Below, piece by piece: positions 25,801 to 38,806 of a stretch of DNA of 64,000 bases; within the stretch, counting starts at the first letter, position 1; every line of letters starts with the position of its first letter. The DNA is taken from NCBI GenBank assembly GCA_030390025.1, contig CM059432.1:48362001-48426000 (forward strand). Direction: 5' to 3'. The stretch is from Squalus acanthias. Taxonomy: Eukaryota. The notes beneath the pieces are model-generated. The model worked only from the letters and a program-made list of their open reading frames with translations. It was not told the origin of the DNA and did no database searches. The position numbers and the translations under genes are program-made.

Positions 25801-26015
25801 GGTCAGCAGTCTTTAAAATTTTAAGGTATATGGAGAAAGGTGACAGAAACATGGAATAGATTGGCAGTTGAGATGGTGCAGCAGAAAAGCATGACACATT
25901 TTAAAAACAAGAACTGGGTGGTAAATAGATACAAGGCTATTCATTGTAGAATCACGGAAGGGAACCTGATGGATGGTTTGGGAATACCCTGGGATGGACC
26001 AATGATCTTCTCTTG
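22875..26015 (+). mobile_element. Heavily degraded CR1 ORF2 (EN+RT) with AT-rich interruption
   Basis: ORF 22958-23710 has GDFNYP and LLDLV..HLGSSDH, followed by decayed RT motifs. Confidence 0.75.
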
Positions 26016-27366
26016 TCCAAAACGTTAGTATGTTACATTCACATGCAAACATTTTCTTAGCTGTTCGATACAACAAAGTTCAGATTCTTACATAAGCAAG
26101 TTAAAAAGTTGCTTTAGCGAAGGATCCAAAATTCATTGCATTCCTAGCCTAGCAAAAGTGCAACTAGACAATGTTCCGTAAGCAAGTACTCAACTGATGC
26201 CTGAAAATTTATACAAAACAAAAAGATAAAAAACAGTTTAAGGATAGCTGATTAGGTAATACATTATCACTTCTTGTGATAAAGTTGACATCAATTTATA
26301 GTCACCAATTTCCATTGTGTTGGCATCCATTTTAGTGCAGTAGGTGAACCCAAATTTTCAATTGGGCACTACACTTTACTATAATTTACACTATTTGGGA
26401 AACCACAAATATATATATAAAAAAGTTAAAAACGGAGTCAGTATGGTGCGCATTAATTTTGACAGTCAAAATGGTTGAATAAGATTTTCAACCCTTATTA
26501 CATTTTTTGGGGAAAAAGGCAGATTTACAATCAAGGCAGGTGAATTTTTCATATTTGAAAGGTATTAGAGTCACGTCAGCTTCTATGCTTTGCTGAGCAA
26601 AAGGTTTCACAAAAGCAAAACTTAATTGAAGATTGAGTTATCCACCCTTCCACTTAAGAGTTAGGCTCCTTTCCTAAGTTGCCTAACTGAGAATTTCAGT
26701 GCTACTAAAACAATGTAGTTTAAAAAAGCTTTTCATGAATGATGGGCATCAGCCTCACCTCATGCTGCTCAGTGGAGACCAGGTGGGAGGAGTAGCAAGA
26801 ATCTTCCTGCTGACAACTGCCATTGCAGAATGGAGCAGACGCAAAGAAGTAGTCCCACGCCCCTGCTTTTTCCCCTTGGCCCTGAAAATTTTCCCCCTTC
26901 AAGTATTTATCCAATTCCCTTTTGGAGGTTATTATTAAATCTGCTTCCACCAGCCTTTCAGGCAGTGCATTCCAGATAATAACAACTCGCTGCGTATTTT
27001 TTTCCCCTCATGTCGCCTCTGGTTCTTTTGCCAATTACCTTAAATCTGTGTCCTCTGGTTACCGACCCTTCTGCCACTGGAAATAGTTTCTCCTTATTTA
27101 CTCCATCAAAACCCTTCATAGATTTTGAACACCTCTATCAAATCGCCCCTTAACCTTCTCTGCTCCAAGGTGAACAACCCCAGTTTCTCCACGTAACTGA
27201 AGTCTTTCATCCCTGGTATCATTCTAGTACATCTCTTCTGCACCCTCTCTAAGGCCTTGACATCCTTCCTAAAGTGTGGTGCCCTGAATTGGCCACAATA
27301 CTCCAGCTGGGGCTTAACCAGTGTTTTATAAAGGTTTAGCATAACTTCCTTGCTTTTGTACTCTAA

Positions 27367-29530
27367 GGGCTGGATTTTGCCAATGGGGGCGGGCTGGGTG
27401 CGTGTCAGGTGGTCGGCGATTCCCAACCCCGCCTCCAATGTGATTCATGACAATTGGCCGATTTTCCCCTAATTGGGCACTTGATTTCCAGCGCGTGGAA
27501 ACCCCTGGCCCAATGAGTATTTTCGTACAGAAACTCACCTCCAATGACGTCATCTATGCAGCTGGATTTAAGGCCTGCAAGCAGCCTTGCTTCTTTTTCA
27601 GCCGTACAACTTTATGACCATTCTTCTGAGGGATTCCTTCTGCAAGTATGTCCAGCACTAGACCAAAGTGTGCACCCAGATTCGATGAGGCCTCCCTCCA
27701 AGCTCTGGTGGAGGGAGCAAGAGCAAATAAGGAGGTGCTCTTTCCTTCCTCAGGGAGGAAAAAGTCTCCACAACAGACTAAAGCTGTGTGGCTGCAAGTG
27801 GCACAGCAGGTCTATTTCTATGCGCAGCAGAACCTGGCTGCAGTGCAGAAAGAGGTTTCATAACCTTCTCCGCACAGGAAAAGTGAGTATTACATTCCCA
27901 TCACCCTCAATCTGATCCTCATCGCCTCTCATCACCAGCACTCTGCTTTGTCAACCTCCTCCTCCACATCCCACTTCACCCTTACATCCCTGCACCCTTA
28001 CCCATTCCCTCTCTCTCTATGTTCACATTCATTTAACTATTCGACTATGCAGCTCTCACACTCCCTATCACTGTGATGCAATGACAACAATTTACAACAC
28101 ACAGGGAGGGCCCTTGGTCTTGGCACCTCACTCCAGCTTTGTCTCCTTCTAAGCATCTATGCTATGGATTCTCTACACTCACTCCTTCATTCTCACTCAA
28201 ACTCCACTTGTGTCCCTCATTGCAGGAAAAGAGAGCCCACAATAAGAGGGAAAGGGCGAGGACAGGAGGAGGGCCACCCTCAATAGCCCAGCTCACCAAT
28301 GCAGAGGAGGCAGTCCTGGCGATTGTGGGAGTGGAGGAGGATGCGCAAGTGGGGGACGGACAGATGGGCGCATCACAGCAAGCTGGTGACAGAATAGTTT
28401 TGCATCTCTCTCATTGACATTGCATGAGTGACTGATAATGATTCTGATGCTCTAACAGATTGACTTATGATCATCTGCACAATTCAATGTGCATGCAACC
28501 TTTATCTCACATCTCTAACTCTTTCCTTTACTCCTCCACAGGACCATTGAGAGGCCCCGTCCCCACTGTCCAGGAGGAACAGCCTGAGCCTGAAGACTCC
28601 TCAGAGGAAGCTGCAACCTCTGAGGGCGCAGCGTCAGCAGAATTCAGCGCACCCAGCACCAGTGCAGACACTCACACCTCGGTGGGACCTTTGGGAGATA
28701 GAGTAGTGTTGTCACCTGGTGTATCACAGATCACAAGTGAGCATCAGCAGATGGTGGAGACAGGGACAGCAGTGGAGAATCCTCGTCGGAGGGCGTAGGA
28801 CTCTCCCAGCTCGGCTCAGCTGCATGTCGACCCTGTGGCTCCAGGTCCATCCAGAAGGAGAGTGGTGCTGGAACTCCAGGAACAGGTGCAGGAGTCTCTG
28901 GCTGGTTTTGTCTCCAGGGTCGCTGCGAGTGTGGAGCGAATGGAGGAGTCCATCGCAAACATGAGCAGAGCCTTTGTGGAGACATTGGCGCATGAACGCA
29001 TCACCACGGAAAGGATGGCAACCTCCGTGGAAAGGATGGGTTGAGGAAGCGGTCAGTCAAGGTGGGGAGAGGGATTTCCCAGGAGGTCACACTGGAGATG
29101 GGTGTCAGGCTCCGAACTTCCACAACAATGAGTAGGCCTGCTAAAAGATCCCCCAGACCTCAGACAACAAAGTTCTGCCACCTGCAAATGATCATTGGTG
29201 AAAACTCCTTTTTAATGGTGGAGCTGCAGCTGTTAGTAAGCAATCCACTCGTGAGGCCGCCAGGATTCACTGGCGTGTTCCAGAGAAGACGTGCAGGACG
29301 GGGGAAATGTGCTAAAATCAGAAAGGCCTCTCAAAATGGGATTACAGAGGCAATTAACCGGTTGTTAAGGGCCTATCCTGCCTCTTGGAGGCGGGATGGA
29401 AACGGGGTCTGAAATCATGAATGTGGGAAAATTGCTCAGAGGCAGGATCGGACCCACCTGCCATTTTTTGCGATTTTGACAACTCACACGCCTCCAAGCC
29501 CGCCTCCTCGGGCCTGGTAAAATCGAGCCC
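27367..29530 (+). mobile_element. Harbinger/PIF-like DNA transposon (2164 bp) carrying only a Myb/SANT gene
   Basis: TIRs GGGCTGGATTTT/AAAATCGAGCCC, flanks taa/tat, interrupts a CR1. Confidence 0.85.
27648..29044 (+). pseudogene. Three-exon Myb/SANT-like (Harbinger ORF1 / NAIF1-type) gene: exons 27648-27882, 28226-28385, 28542-29044; one frameshift (~27810) and one in-frame TAG (28796-28798)
   Basis: APRF..ASLQALVEG...LFP...W.QVA...RTWLQCRKRF..L, then RERARTGGGPP, then an acidic linker and C-terminal coiled coil. GT-AG sites with compatible phases. Confidence 0.8.
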
Positions 29531-30592
29531 TATGCCTCTATTAATAAAGCCAAGGATCCCGTATGCCTTTTTAACAGCCATCTCAACTTATCCTACCACC
29601 TTCAAAGGTTTGTGTATATACACTCCCTGGTCTCTCTGTTCTTGCAACCCCTTTAAAGTTGTACCATTTAGTTTATATTGCCTCTCTTCAGTCTTCCTAC
29701 CAAAATAAATCACTTCACACTTCTCTGCGTTATATTTCATCTGCCATTTGTTTGCCCATTTCACCAGTCTGTCTATGCCTTCCTGGAGTCTGTTACTATC
29801 CTCCTCACTTTAATATATTTCCGAGTTTTGTCTCATCTCCAAACTTTGAAATGATGCCCTGTATACCCAAGTCCAGGCCATTAATATATATCAAAAAGAG
29901 CAGTAGTCCCAACACCGACCCCTGGGGAACACCACTGCACACTTCTCTCCAGTCTGAAAAACAACCGCTCACCACTACTCTCTGCTTTCTGTCCCTTAGC
30001 CAATTACGTACCCCCGCTGCCACTATCCCTTTAATCCCATGGCTCCAATTTTGCTAACAAGTCCATTATGTTGTACGTTATCAAATGCCTTTTGAAAGTC
30101 CATATAACGCAACATCAACTGCACTACCTACATCAACCCACTTCGTTACTTCATTAAAGAACTCAATCAATATAGTCAAACACGATTTGCTTTTAACAAA
30201 TCCATTTATTCTTTCATTTATTAACCCATATTTTTCCAAGTGCCAATTAATTTTGTCCTGGATTATTGTCTCTAAAAAATTCCCCCACCACTGACGTTAG
30301 ACTGACTGGCCTATGGTTGCCGTACTTATCCCTCTTCCCTTTTTTGAACAAGGGTGTAACATTTGCAATCCTCCAGTCTTCTGGCACCACCCCTGTATCT
30401 AAGGAGGATTGGAAGATTGTGGCCAGAGCCTCTGCAATTTCCACACTTACTTCCCTCAACAACCTAGGATGCATCCCATCCGGACCGGTTAACTTTTCTA
30501 CTTTAAGCGCTGCAAACCTTTTAAATACCACCTCTTCATCTATTTTAATCCTATCCAATTTCTCTACTACCTCCTCCTTTACTGTGACACTG

Positions 30593-33500
30593 CACTCGTC
30601 TGGTTCCATTCTTATCTATCTAATCGTAACCAGACAATCACCTGCAATGGCTTCTCTTCCCGCTCCCGCATCGTTACCTCTGGTATCCCCCAAGGATCTA
30701 TCCTTGGCCCCCTCCTATTTCTCATCTACATGTTGCCCCTTGGTGACATCATCCGAAAACACAGCGTCAGTTTCCACACGTACACCGACGACACCCAGCT
30801 CTAACTAACTACCTCTTCTCTCGACCCCTCCACGGTGTCTAAATTGTCAGACTGCTTACATAGAAACATAGCAGATAGGAGCTGGAGTAGGCCATTCGGC
30901 CCCTCGAGCCTGTTCCGCCATTTCATGAGATCATGGCTGATCATCCAAATTCAGTACCCTGTCCCTGCTTTCTCCCCATATCCCTTGATCCCTTTAGCCT
31001 TAAGAAATATATCTAACTCCTTTTTGAATATATTTAATGAATTGGCCTCAACTGCCTTCTGTGGTAGAGAATTCCACAGGTTCACCACTCTCTGGGTGAA
31101 GAAATTCCTCCTCATCTCAGTCCTAAATGGCTTACCCCTTATCCTTAGACTGTGACCCCTGGTTCTGGACTCCCCCGCCATCGGGAACATCCTTCCTGCA
31201 TCTAGTCTTGTAATAAGGTCCCGCGTAAGAGATTAGCGTGCAAAGTTAAAGCACATGGGATTAGGGGTAAGGTACTGACTTGGATAGAGAACTGGTTGGC
31301 AGACAGGAAGCAAAGAGTTGGAATATGTTAGAATTTTATAAGTTTCAATGAGAACCCCTCTCATTCTTCTAAACTCTAGCGAATACAAGCCCAATCAACC
31401 CAATCTCTCTTCATACGTCATTCCTGCCATCCCAGGGATCAGTCTGGTGAATCTTCGCTGCACTCCCTCCATGGCAAGAACATCCTTCCTCAGATAAGGC
31501 GACCAAAACTAGACACAATACTCAAGGTGAGGTCTCACCAAGGCCCTGTACAACTGCAGCAAGACATCCTTGCTCCTGCACTCGAATCCTCTCGCTATGA
31601 AGGCCAACATACCATTTGCCTTCTTAACCGCCTGCTGCACCAGCATGCTTACCTTCAGCGACTGGTGCACAAGGACACCCAGGTCTCGTTGCACTTCCCC
31701 TTTTCCCAATCTATTGCCGTTCAGATAATAATCTGCCTTCCTGTTTTTGCCACCAAAGTGGATAGCCTCGCATTTATCCACATTATACTGCAGCTGCCAT
31801 GCATCTGCCCAATCACCCAACCTGTCCAAATCATACTGGAGTTTCTCTGCATGCTCCTCACAGCACACACGCCCACCCAGCTTTGTGTCATCTGCAAACT
31901 TGGAGATATTACATCTAGTTCCCTCGTCTAGATCATTAATATATATTGTGAATAACTGGGGTCCTAGCACTGATCCCTGTGGTACCCCACTAGTCACTGC
32001 CTGCCACTCGGAAAAAGACCCGTTTATTCCAACTCTTTGCTTCCTGTCTGCCAACCAGTTCTCTATCCAAGTCAGTACCTTACCCCTAATCCCATGTGCT
32101 TTAACTTTGGACGCTAATCACTTATGCGGGACCTTATCGAAAGCCTTCTGAAAGTCCAAATACACCACATCCACTGGTTCTCCCTTATCTACTCTACCAG
32201 TTACATCCTCAAAAAATTCCAGTAGATTAGTCAAGCATGATTTACCTTTTGTAAATCCATGTTGACTTTGTCCGATCCTGTCACTGTTTTCCAAGTGCTC
32301 TGCTATTACATCTTTTATAATGGACTCTAGCATTTTCCCCACTACCGATGTCAGGCTTACTGATCTATAATTCCCCGTTTTCTCTCTCCCACCTTTTTTA
32401 AATACTGGGGTTACATTAGCTACCCTCCAATCCATGGGAACTGTTCCAGAGTCTATAGAATTTTGGAAGATGACCAGCAATGCATCTACTAATTCTAGGG
32501 CCACTTCCTTAAGTACCCTAGGATGTAGATTATCAGGCCCTGGGGATTTATCGGCCTTCAATCCCGTCAATTTCCCTAACACCATTTCCCTACAAATACT
32601 GATTTCATTCAGTTGCTCCCTCTCATTAGACCCCATGTTCCCCGACATCTCTGGGAGGTTATTTGTGTCCTCCTTTGTGAAGACAGAACCAAAGTATGTA
32701 TTGGTCTGCCATTTCTTTGTTCTCCATTATAAATTCCCCTGATTCTGACTGCAAGGGACCTACGCTTGACTTCACCAATCTTTTTCTCTTCACATATCTA
32801 TAGAAGCTTTTACAGTCAGTTTTTATGTTCCCTGCAAGCTTACTCTCATACTCTATTTTCCCCCTCTTAATTAATCCCTTTGTCCTCCTTTGCTGAATCC
32901 TAAACTGCTCCCAATCCTCAGGTTTGCTGCTTTTTCTGGCCAAATTATATGTCCTCTCCTTGGATCTTATGCTATCCCTAATTTCCCTTGTTAGCCATGG
33001 TTGAGTCACCTTTTTTGTTTTATTTTTATGCCAAACAGGGATGAACAAATTCTGTAGTTCATCCATGCAATCTTTAAATGTTTGCCATTGCCTATCCACC
33101 GTCAACCCTTTAAGTAATGTTCCCCAATCCATCCTAGCCAACTCGCGCCTCAGACCATCGTAGTTTCCTTTATTTAAATTCAGGACCCTAGTCTCGGAGT
33201 CAAATACTTCACTCTCCATCGTAATGAAGAATTCTATCATATTATGATTGCTCCTCCCCAAGGGGCCTCGCACAACAAGATTGCTAATTAATCCTTTCTC
33301 ATTACATAATACCCAGTCTAAGATGGCCTGATCTCTAGTTGGTTCCTCGACATATTGGTCCAGGAAACCATCCTGTATACACTCTAGGAATTCCTCCTCC
33401 ACAGTATTGTTACTAATTTGGTTAGCCCAATCTATATGTAGATTAAAGTCACCCATGATAACTGCTGTGCCCTTATTGCACGCATCTCTAATTTCTCATT

Positions 33501-35262
33501 TAATGCCATCCCCAACCTCAGCATTACTGTTTGGGGGTCTGTATACAACTCCCACTAACGTTTTCTGCCCCATGGTATTTCTCAGCTCTACCCATACAGA
33601 TTCCACATCATCAGAGCTAATATCCTTCCTTACTATTGTGTTAATCTCCTCTTTAACCAGCAATGCTACCCCACCTCCTTTTCCTTTTTGCCTGTCTTTC
33701 CTGAATATTGAATACCCCTGGATGTTGAATTACCAGCCTTGGTCACCCTGGAGCCATGTCTCTGTAATCCCGATTATATCATATCGTTTACATCTATTTG
33801 TGCAGCTAATTCATCCACCTTATTACGAATGCTCCTCGCATTAAGACACAAAGCCTTCAGGCTTGTTTTTTTAACAATCTTAGACCTTTTAGAATTATTA
33901 TTTACTGTGGCCATGTTTGATTTACACCCTTGATTTCTCTGACTGCCACTTTTGCTTTTCTCCTTCCTGTCTTTTGCTTCTATCCTTGCTTCCCTTTCCT
34001 CTGTCTCCCTGCACAGGTTCCCAACCCCCTGCAATTTTAGTTTAAACCCTCCCCAACAGCACTAGCAAACACTCCCCCTAGGACATCGGTCCCAGTCCTG
34101 CCCAGGTGCAAACTGTCCAGTTTGTACTGGTCCCACCTCCCCCAGAACCGGTTCCAATGTCCCAGGAATTTGAATCCCTCCCCCTTGCACCATTCCTCTA
34201 GCCACGTATTCATCTGAAATATCCTTCTATTTCTACTCTGACTAGCACGTGGCACTGGTAGCAATCCTGAGATTTCTACCTTTGAGGTCCTATTTTTTTA
34301 ATTTACCTCCTAACTCCCTATACTCAGCTTTTAGGACCTCATCCCGGTTTTTACCTATATCGTTGGTACCTATATGCACCACGACAACTGGCTGTTCACC
34401 CTCCCCCTCCAGAATTGTCCGACATACAGTTCTGGATGAGCAAAAATTTTCTCCAATTAAATATTGGGAAGACCGAAGCCATTGTTTTCGGTCCCCGCCA
34501 CAAACTCCGTTCCCTAGCCACTGACTCCATCCCTCTCCCTAACATCTGTCTGAGGCTGAAACACACTGTTCGCAACCTTGGTGTCATATTTGATCCTGAA
34601 AAGAGCTTCCGACCAAATATCCGCAGCATAACAAAGACCACCAACTTCCACCTCCGTAACATCGCCTGTCTCTGCCTCAGCTCATCCGCTGCTGAAATCT
34701 CATCCATGCCTTTGTTACCTCTAGACTTGACTATTCCAATGCACTCCTGGCTGCCCTCCCACATTCCACCCTACGTAAACGTGAGGTCATCCAAAACTCG
34801 GCTGCCCGTGTCCTAACCTGCACCAAGTCCCGTTCGCTTATCACCCCTGTGCTCGCTGATCTACATTGGCTCCTGGTTAAACAGCGCCTCGATTTCAAAA
34901 TTCTTATCCTTGTTTTCAAATCCCTCCATGGCCTCGTCCCTTCCTATCTCTGTAATCTCCTTCAGCCCCACAACCCCCCCGAGATATCTGCTCTTAATTC
35001 TGCCCTTGAGCATCCCTGATTATAATCGCTCAACCTTTGGCGGTCGTGCCTTCTGTTGCCTCGACCCTAAGCTCTGGAATTCCCTCCCTAAACCTCGCCG
35101 CCTCTCTTTTCTCCTTTAAGACGCTCCTTAAAACCTACCTCTTTGACCAAGCACCTGCCCTAATTTATCCTTATGTGGATCGATGTCAAATTTGTTGTCT
35201 TAAAATACTCCTGGGACCTTTTACTACGTTAAAGGTGCTATATAAATACAAATTGTTGTTGT
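30593..35262 (+). mobile_element. L2 LINE 3' fragment (30593-30857 + 34413-35262) split by a younger CR1
   Basis: L2 RT motifs (LQLNIGKTEAIVFG, VRNLGVIFD) and (ttg)n tail. gactgctt|gtccgacat is continuous across the CR1. Confidence 0.85.
30858..34412 (-). mobile_element. CR1 LINE with 3' part of ORF1 and most of ORF2 (disrupted)
   Basis: End of ORF1 esterase (DSLHL), LNARSIRNK, MGDFNLH, FTKGKSCLTNL and KFADDTKL motifs; (catagaaa) tail. Confidence 0.9.
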
Positions 35263-36225
35263 TGACATTGGCAGCATTCTTTTCTTCAGTGAAGACAGAT
35301 GCAAAGTACTCATTTAGTACCTCAGTCATTCCCTTTGCCTCCACAAGAATATCTAATTTTTGGTCCCTAATCGGCCCCACCCTTCCTTTGCTAATACTAT
35401 TTATATGTTTATAAAAGACTTTTGGGTTTCCTTTTATGTTACCCACTAATGTATTCTCATACACTCTATTTGCCCCTCATTTCCTTTTTCAGTTCTCCTC
35501 TGTACTTTTCATATTCAGCTGGGTTCTCTACTGAATTGTGAACTTAACATTTATCATAAGCCTCTTCTAATGGTTATCATATAATGGGTATACAACAAAG
35601 CTTAACAATAAGAACTGGTATGTAGCAAACAGAATGTAGTGATAGCAATGAATTATTTGGAATTAAATATCTCTATTTTGGACCTACAAGGATAGCAACC
35701 ACTTTTTTTTTTAGCTATAAGAACTTAAAGTATGGAATTAGCAAAGCCCATTTGACCTTTTTCCTTCTGCCCAGCCAAATGAAACTTGGACTGCTATGTA
35801 CTCTAATCAATTTAATCTTTTGAGGGATGTGAATATCCCTGACTGGAGCAAATTCCAGGAATGACATTTCCATTGTCCCAGCAGCACAGGAGCAATCATG
35901 TTCCATGTAACATTTGATTATCCAGGTCTAAATTTACTCATGTAACTTTCAATCACATCTCATGGAGATATTGAGCTCTTTAAAAAAAAAACACAAAAAT
36001 TAATCAATATAACAAGTTCTTTTGATGGGAGTTAATATCCAAATATACTATGTGGGGCAAATATATTTAATCTAATCTAGTTTTGCTTTAGGCTTATTAG
36101 TTTTGTACTTGTGTTCTACAATTAAAGTTTAAGTTTCATTATCTGCTTATGGGAGACTGGGGGAGATTGGGTTAGAATATTGTTATTTCAACTCTGGGTT
36201 TAAATCCAACACAGATTGATGTGAT

Positions 36226-36359
36226 AGCAAAATACTGCGGATGCTGGAAATCTGAAATAACAGAAAATGCCGGAAACACTCAGCAGGCCAGGCAGCATCC
36301 TCTCTCTCCACGGATGCTACCTGGCTTGCAGAGTGTTTCCAGCATTTTCTGTTGTTATT
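36226..36359. mobile_element. Palindromic Penelope-like remnant, copy 2
   Basis: Same arms as 8761-8960. 15-bp flanking duplication acagattgatgtgat/acagactgatgggat. Confidence 0.65.
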
Positions 36360-36996
36360 ACAGACTGATGGGATCTGTACTCTGCCAGCTCTAAAGGTCC
36401 AACATGAAATGGATTTGGACAGTCTCAAAATAGTATCTGGTGGGCATTGACCCACTGGACAATTTTCTTTCAATGTTTTCAAGACCCTCTATACTAATGA
36501 CTGGCTAAATAACTAGTTGACCAACTAGTGACTATCCTCCTTGGGGAAGAATGGGAAGGTAAATGAGTTCTCTTTGGGGCTGAGTTGCCTGCAAGATGCC
36601 ACATCTGGAAACAGAAGTTCAGAAATGCAGATTTGGTAATCCGATAGATGAATAAGGCAATTCAACAGTACTTTGAGGTACTAATGATGATTGACAGCCA
36701 ATCAGTCCCATAATGCAATCAGACTGAATCTAATATTGTTAAGATTTCTGTGAATTTTTTGGTAATTAAAAACCCAGTTGTCACTAGATTTTTGTTTCTT
36801 TACAGCTTTTAAAGTAATTCTTAGTTGTTTTTAACCTCCTCATTCAATTTTTTCTCCAACTTTCATGACTCATAGACATATAAAACCTTTGTTATTTGAA
36901 TTACTGGAAAAGTACTTGGTGCTACCACTTTCTTGAAAGCAGGCATTTAAATGTATAATTTTTCAGCCGATACAGTTAAATAACACACAGTCTTAC

Positions 36997-37171
36997 CTTG
37001 TTGGGCTAACTCTTGTCCCCATATCCGCTTTTCAGCTCGAATGCCATCAATCACAGACTCCTGTGCAGTTAGCTGTGAAATCAGTCTCGATTTCTCCTGC
37101 TTAAGTAGTTCAATCTGAACAGTTTTTTTCTTATCTTCTTCAGCTACGTGTTCCAATGCTCGGAACCGGCT
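36997..37171 (-). CDS. LRRCC1: LRRCC1 coding exon SRFRALEHVAEEDKKKTVQIELLKQEK...WGQELAQQG
   Basis: Acceptor atatAG and donor GTaaga, 175 bp, phase 0/1. QIELLK.EK and WG.ELAQQG motifs. Confidence 0.92.
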
Positions 37172-37226
37172 CTATATTAAAATTGAGCAGAATTTCAAAA
37201 ATCAAGATGCTAACAATAATCTTGAC

Positions 37227-37374
37227 CAGGATAATTTCTGCAGAGGTTCTCCCACTTGCCCGCTGTAACTTTGACGGCAGAACCGCGAAAACATGGTGTC
37301 AATGCCATTTTTCCACAGCTCTTCCACAGAAATTACAGCAGACAAGTGGGACCACCTCCTTGGAAATTCACCCC
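37227..37374. mobile_element. Palindromic MITE (~150 bp)
   Basis: ~45-bp imperfect inverted arms (gaggttctcccacttgcccgctgtaactt / aaattacagcagacaagtgggaccacctc). Confidence 0.6.
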
Positions 37375-38564
37375 CTATGTCGCTAACCGACTGACATACT
37401 AATTGGCAGTGAAGTGCTAAAATGCTGATCAGAGAACCAAAATGCCCCAAAGCAATGATGATTTTTTCCAAATAATCATAAAAATGATCGTATGCAATCT
37501 TATTTTGACAGTCTGCAATATCTGTGTATAGAAATTAAATCAAAGAAAGTGTGCTGAAATTGAAATGCTGAATCAAATCTTACCACTTACAAGAGTTGAG
37601 CAGTGCAAATTTGTCTGGATCATATTAGGACATGCACACTAGGCTTAACTGTTCCCGACAATGCCTCATATATGCAACTTGTTACCAATTTGCTGCTTAT
37701 CTTGACCATTTTTGTCTGTTCCAACTGATTGAATATAGCAGGATTCCACTGTATCCATTGTTACTTCAACAAAATATAATGAATGGTCTGTCAAATTTAT
37801 AATTGACTTAATGTTGGATTCATTATCAAATGCACTTGTTTTACAATTGTGAATTATAATAATGCATTGCACAGTGTAATGAAAACTAATTACAAGGATC
37901 AGAATTAAGGCTCACGAAGAGCGGGGGCTGAACAATTATTATACATCACAACATGAACCACAGAAAATTGATGACATTCTTTCATGTGATTAAAAGGTTA
38001 GAATTATTTGTATTCTTGAGCTCCCTCTCCCAGAAACTAGAGGATCCTTAATCACTTACCAAAAAAAATTACAAAAAAGGATAATTGCTAATCTCAGACA
38101 TGACAGGTATAAGAGGGCAAGTTTTGGTGCATTGGAGACTCGGTCTGCTTATGGAATCTGCCTTTTTGCTTTGAACACCAGATCAAACTGTTGGGAGAAA
38201 GCCCAAACCATACAGGTTAGTTGAACCAAAGCAATGAAAGTAAGTTCTGTGTTTCTGTGTGATCTATAGGTTGAAATGAGAATACTATGTTATAAAGATT
38301 TTCAAATGTCTTTAAAATTATGCCCTTAAAGTTTCAGACTAGCAATACAATGTACAGGAAACTCTTGTTTAACCGGCACCTAAATATCCGGAATTCTCTC
38401 TTAACCGGCAAAAATCATACTCCGAAAACTCCTCTCAAATAACCGGCAATGTTGCCGAGTCCGAGTCTCCCGCGAACGCCGAGTTAGTCAGTGGGGGTAG
38501 TTCTCCAAAGTGCCACTACTCGGCCTCCTGGCGCTGTCGGAAGTCCGAACACTGCAGTAACAGG

Positions 38565-38770
38565 AGTCTGATTCTCCCGTGCTGCCGGGAGTCTCTTCTG
38601 ATCGGCCATTTTACTGTGTGTCTCCCGCGCTGCTGGTAGTCCCTTCTGATACACCATTTTACTGTGTGTCTCCCACGCTGCTGGTAGTCTCTTCTGATAC
38701 ACCATTTTACTGTGTGTCTCCCACGCTGCTGGTAGTCTCTTCCTAGCCACCATTGTTCTGTGTGTCTCTC
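38565..38770. repeat. ~4 tandem copies of a 48-bp unit in the Tigger 5' region
   Basis: Unit ccattttactgtgtgtctcccacgctgctggtagtctcttctgataca. Confidence 0.85.
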
Positions 38771-38806
38771 CATCTTTATCGGGAATTATCTCCCCCATCT
38801 TGCATT

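Larger units (their letters stand above)
26820..35570 (-). mobile_element. Outer CR1 split into 26820-27366, 29531-30592 and 35263-35570 by nested insertions
   Basis: RT motifs continue colinearly across the Harbinger-like and L2 insertions (KPQLEYC; SGVPQGSVLG; GPDGMHPR; LNEYFASVFT). Confidence 0.85.

Noticed and set aside
38753..38806. 603-aa start given in the ORF track for the transposase
   Set aside because: It begins at a TTG. The first ATG, in good Kozak context, is at 38807.
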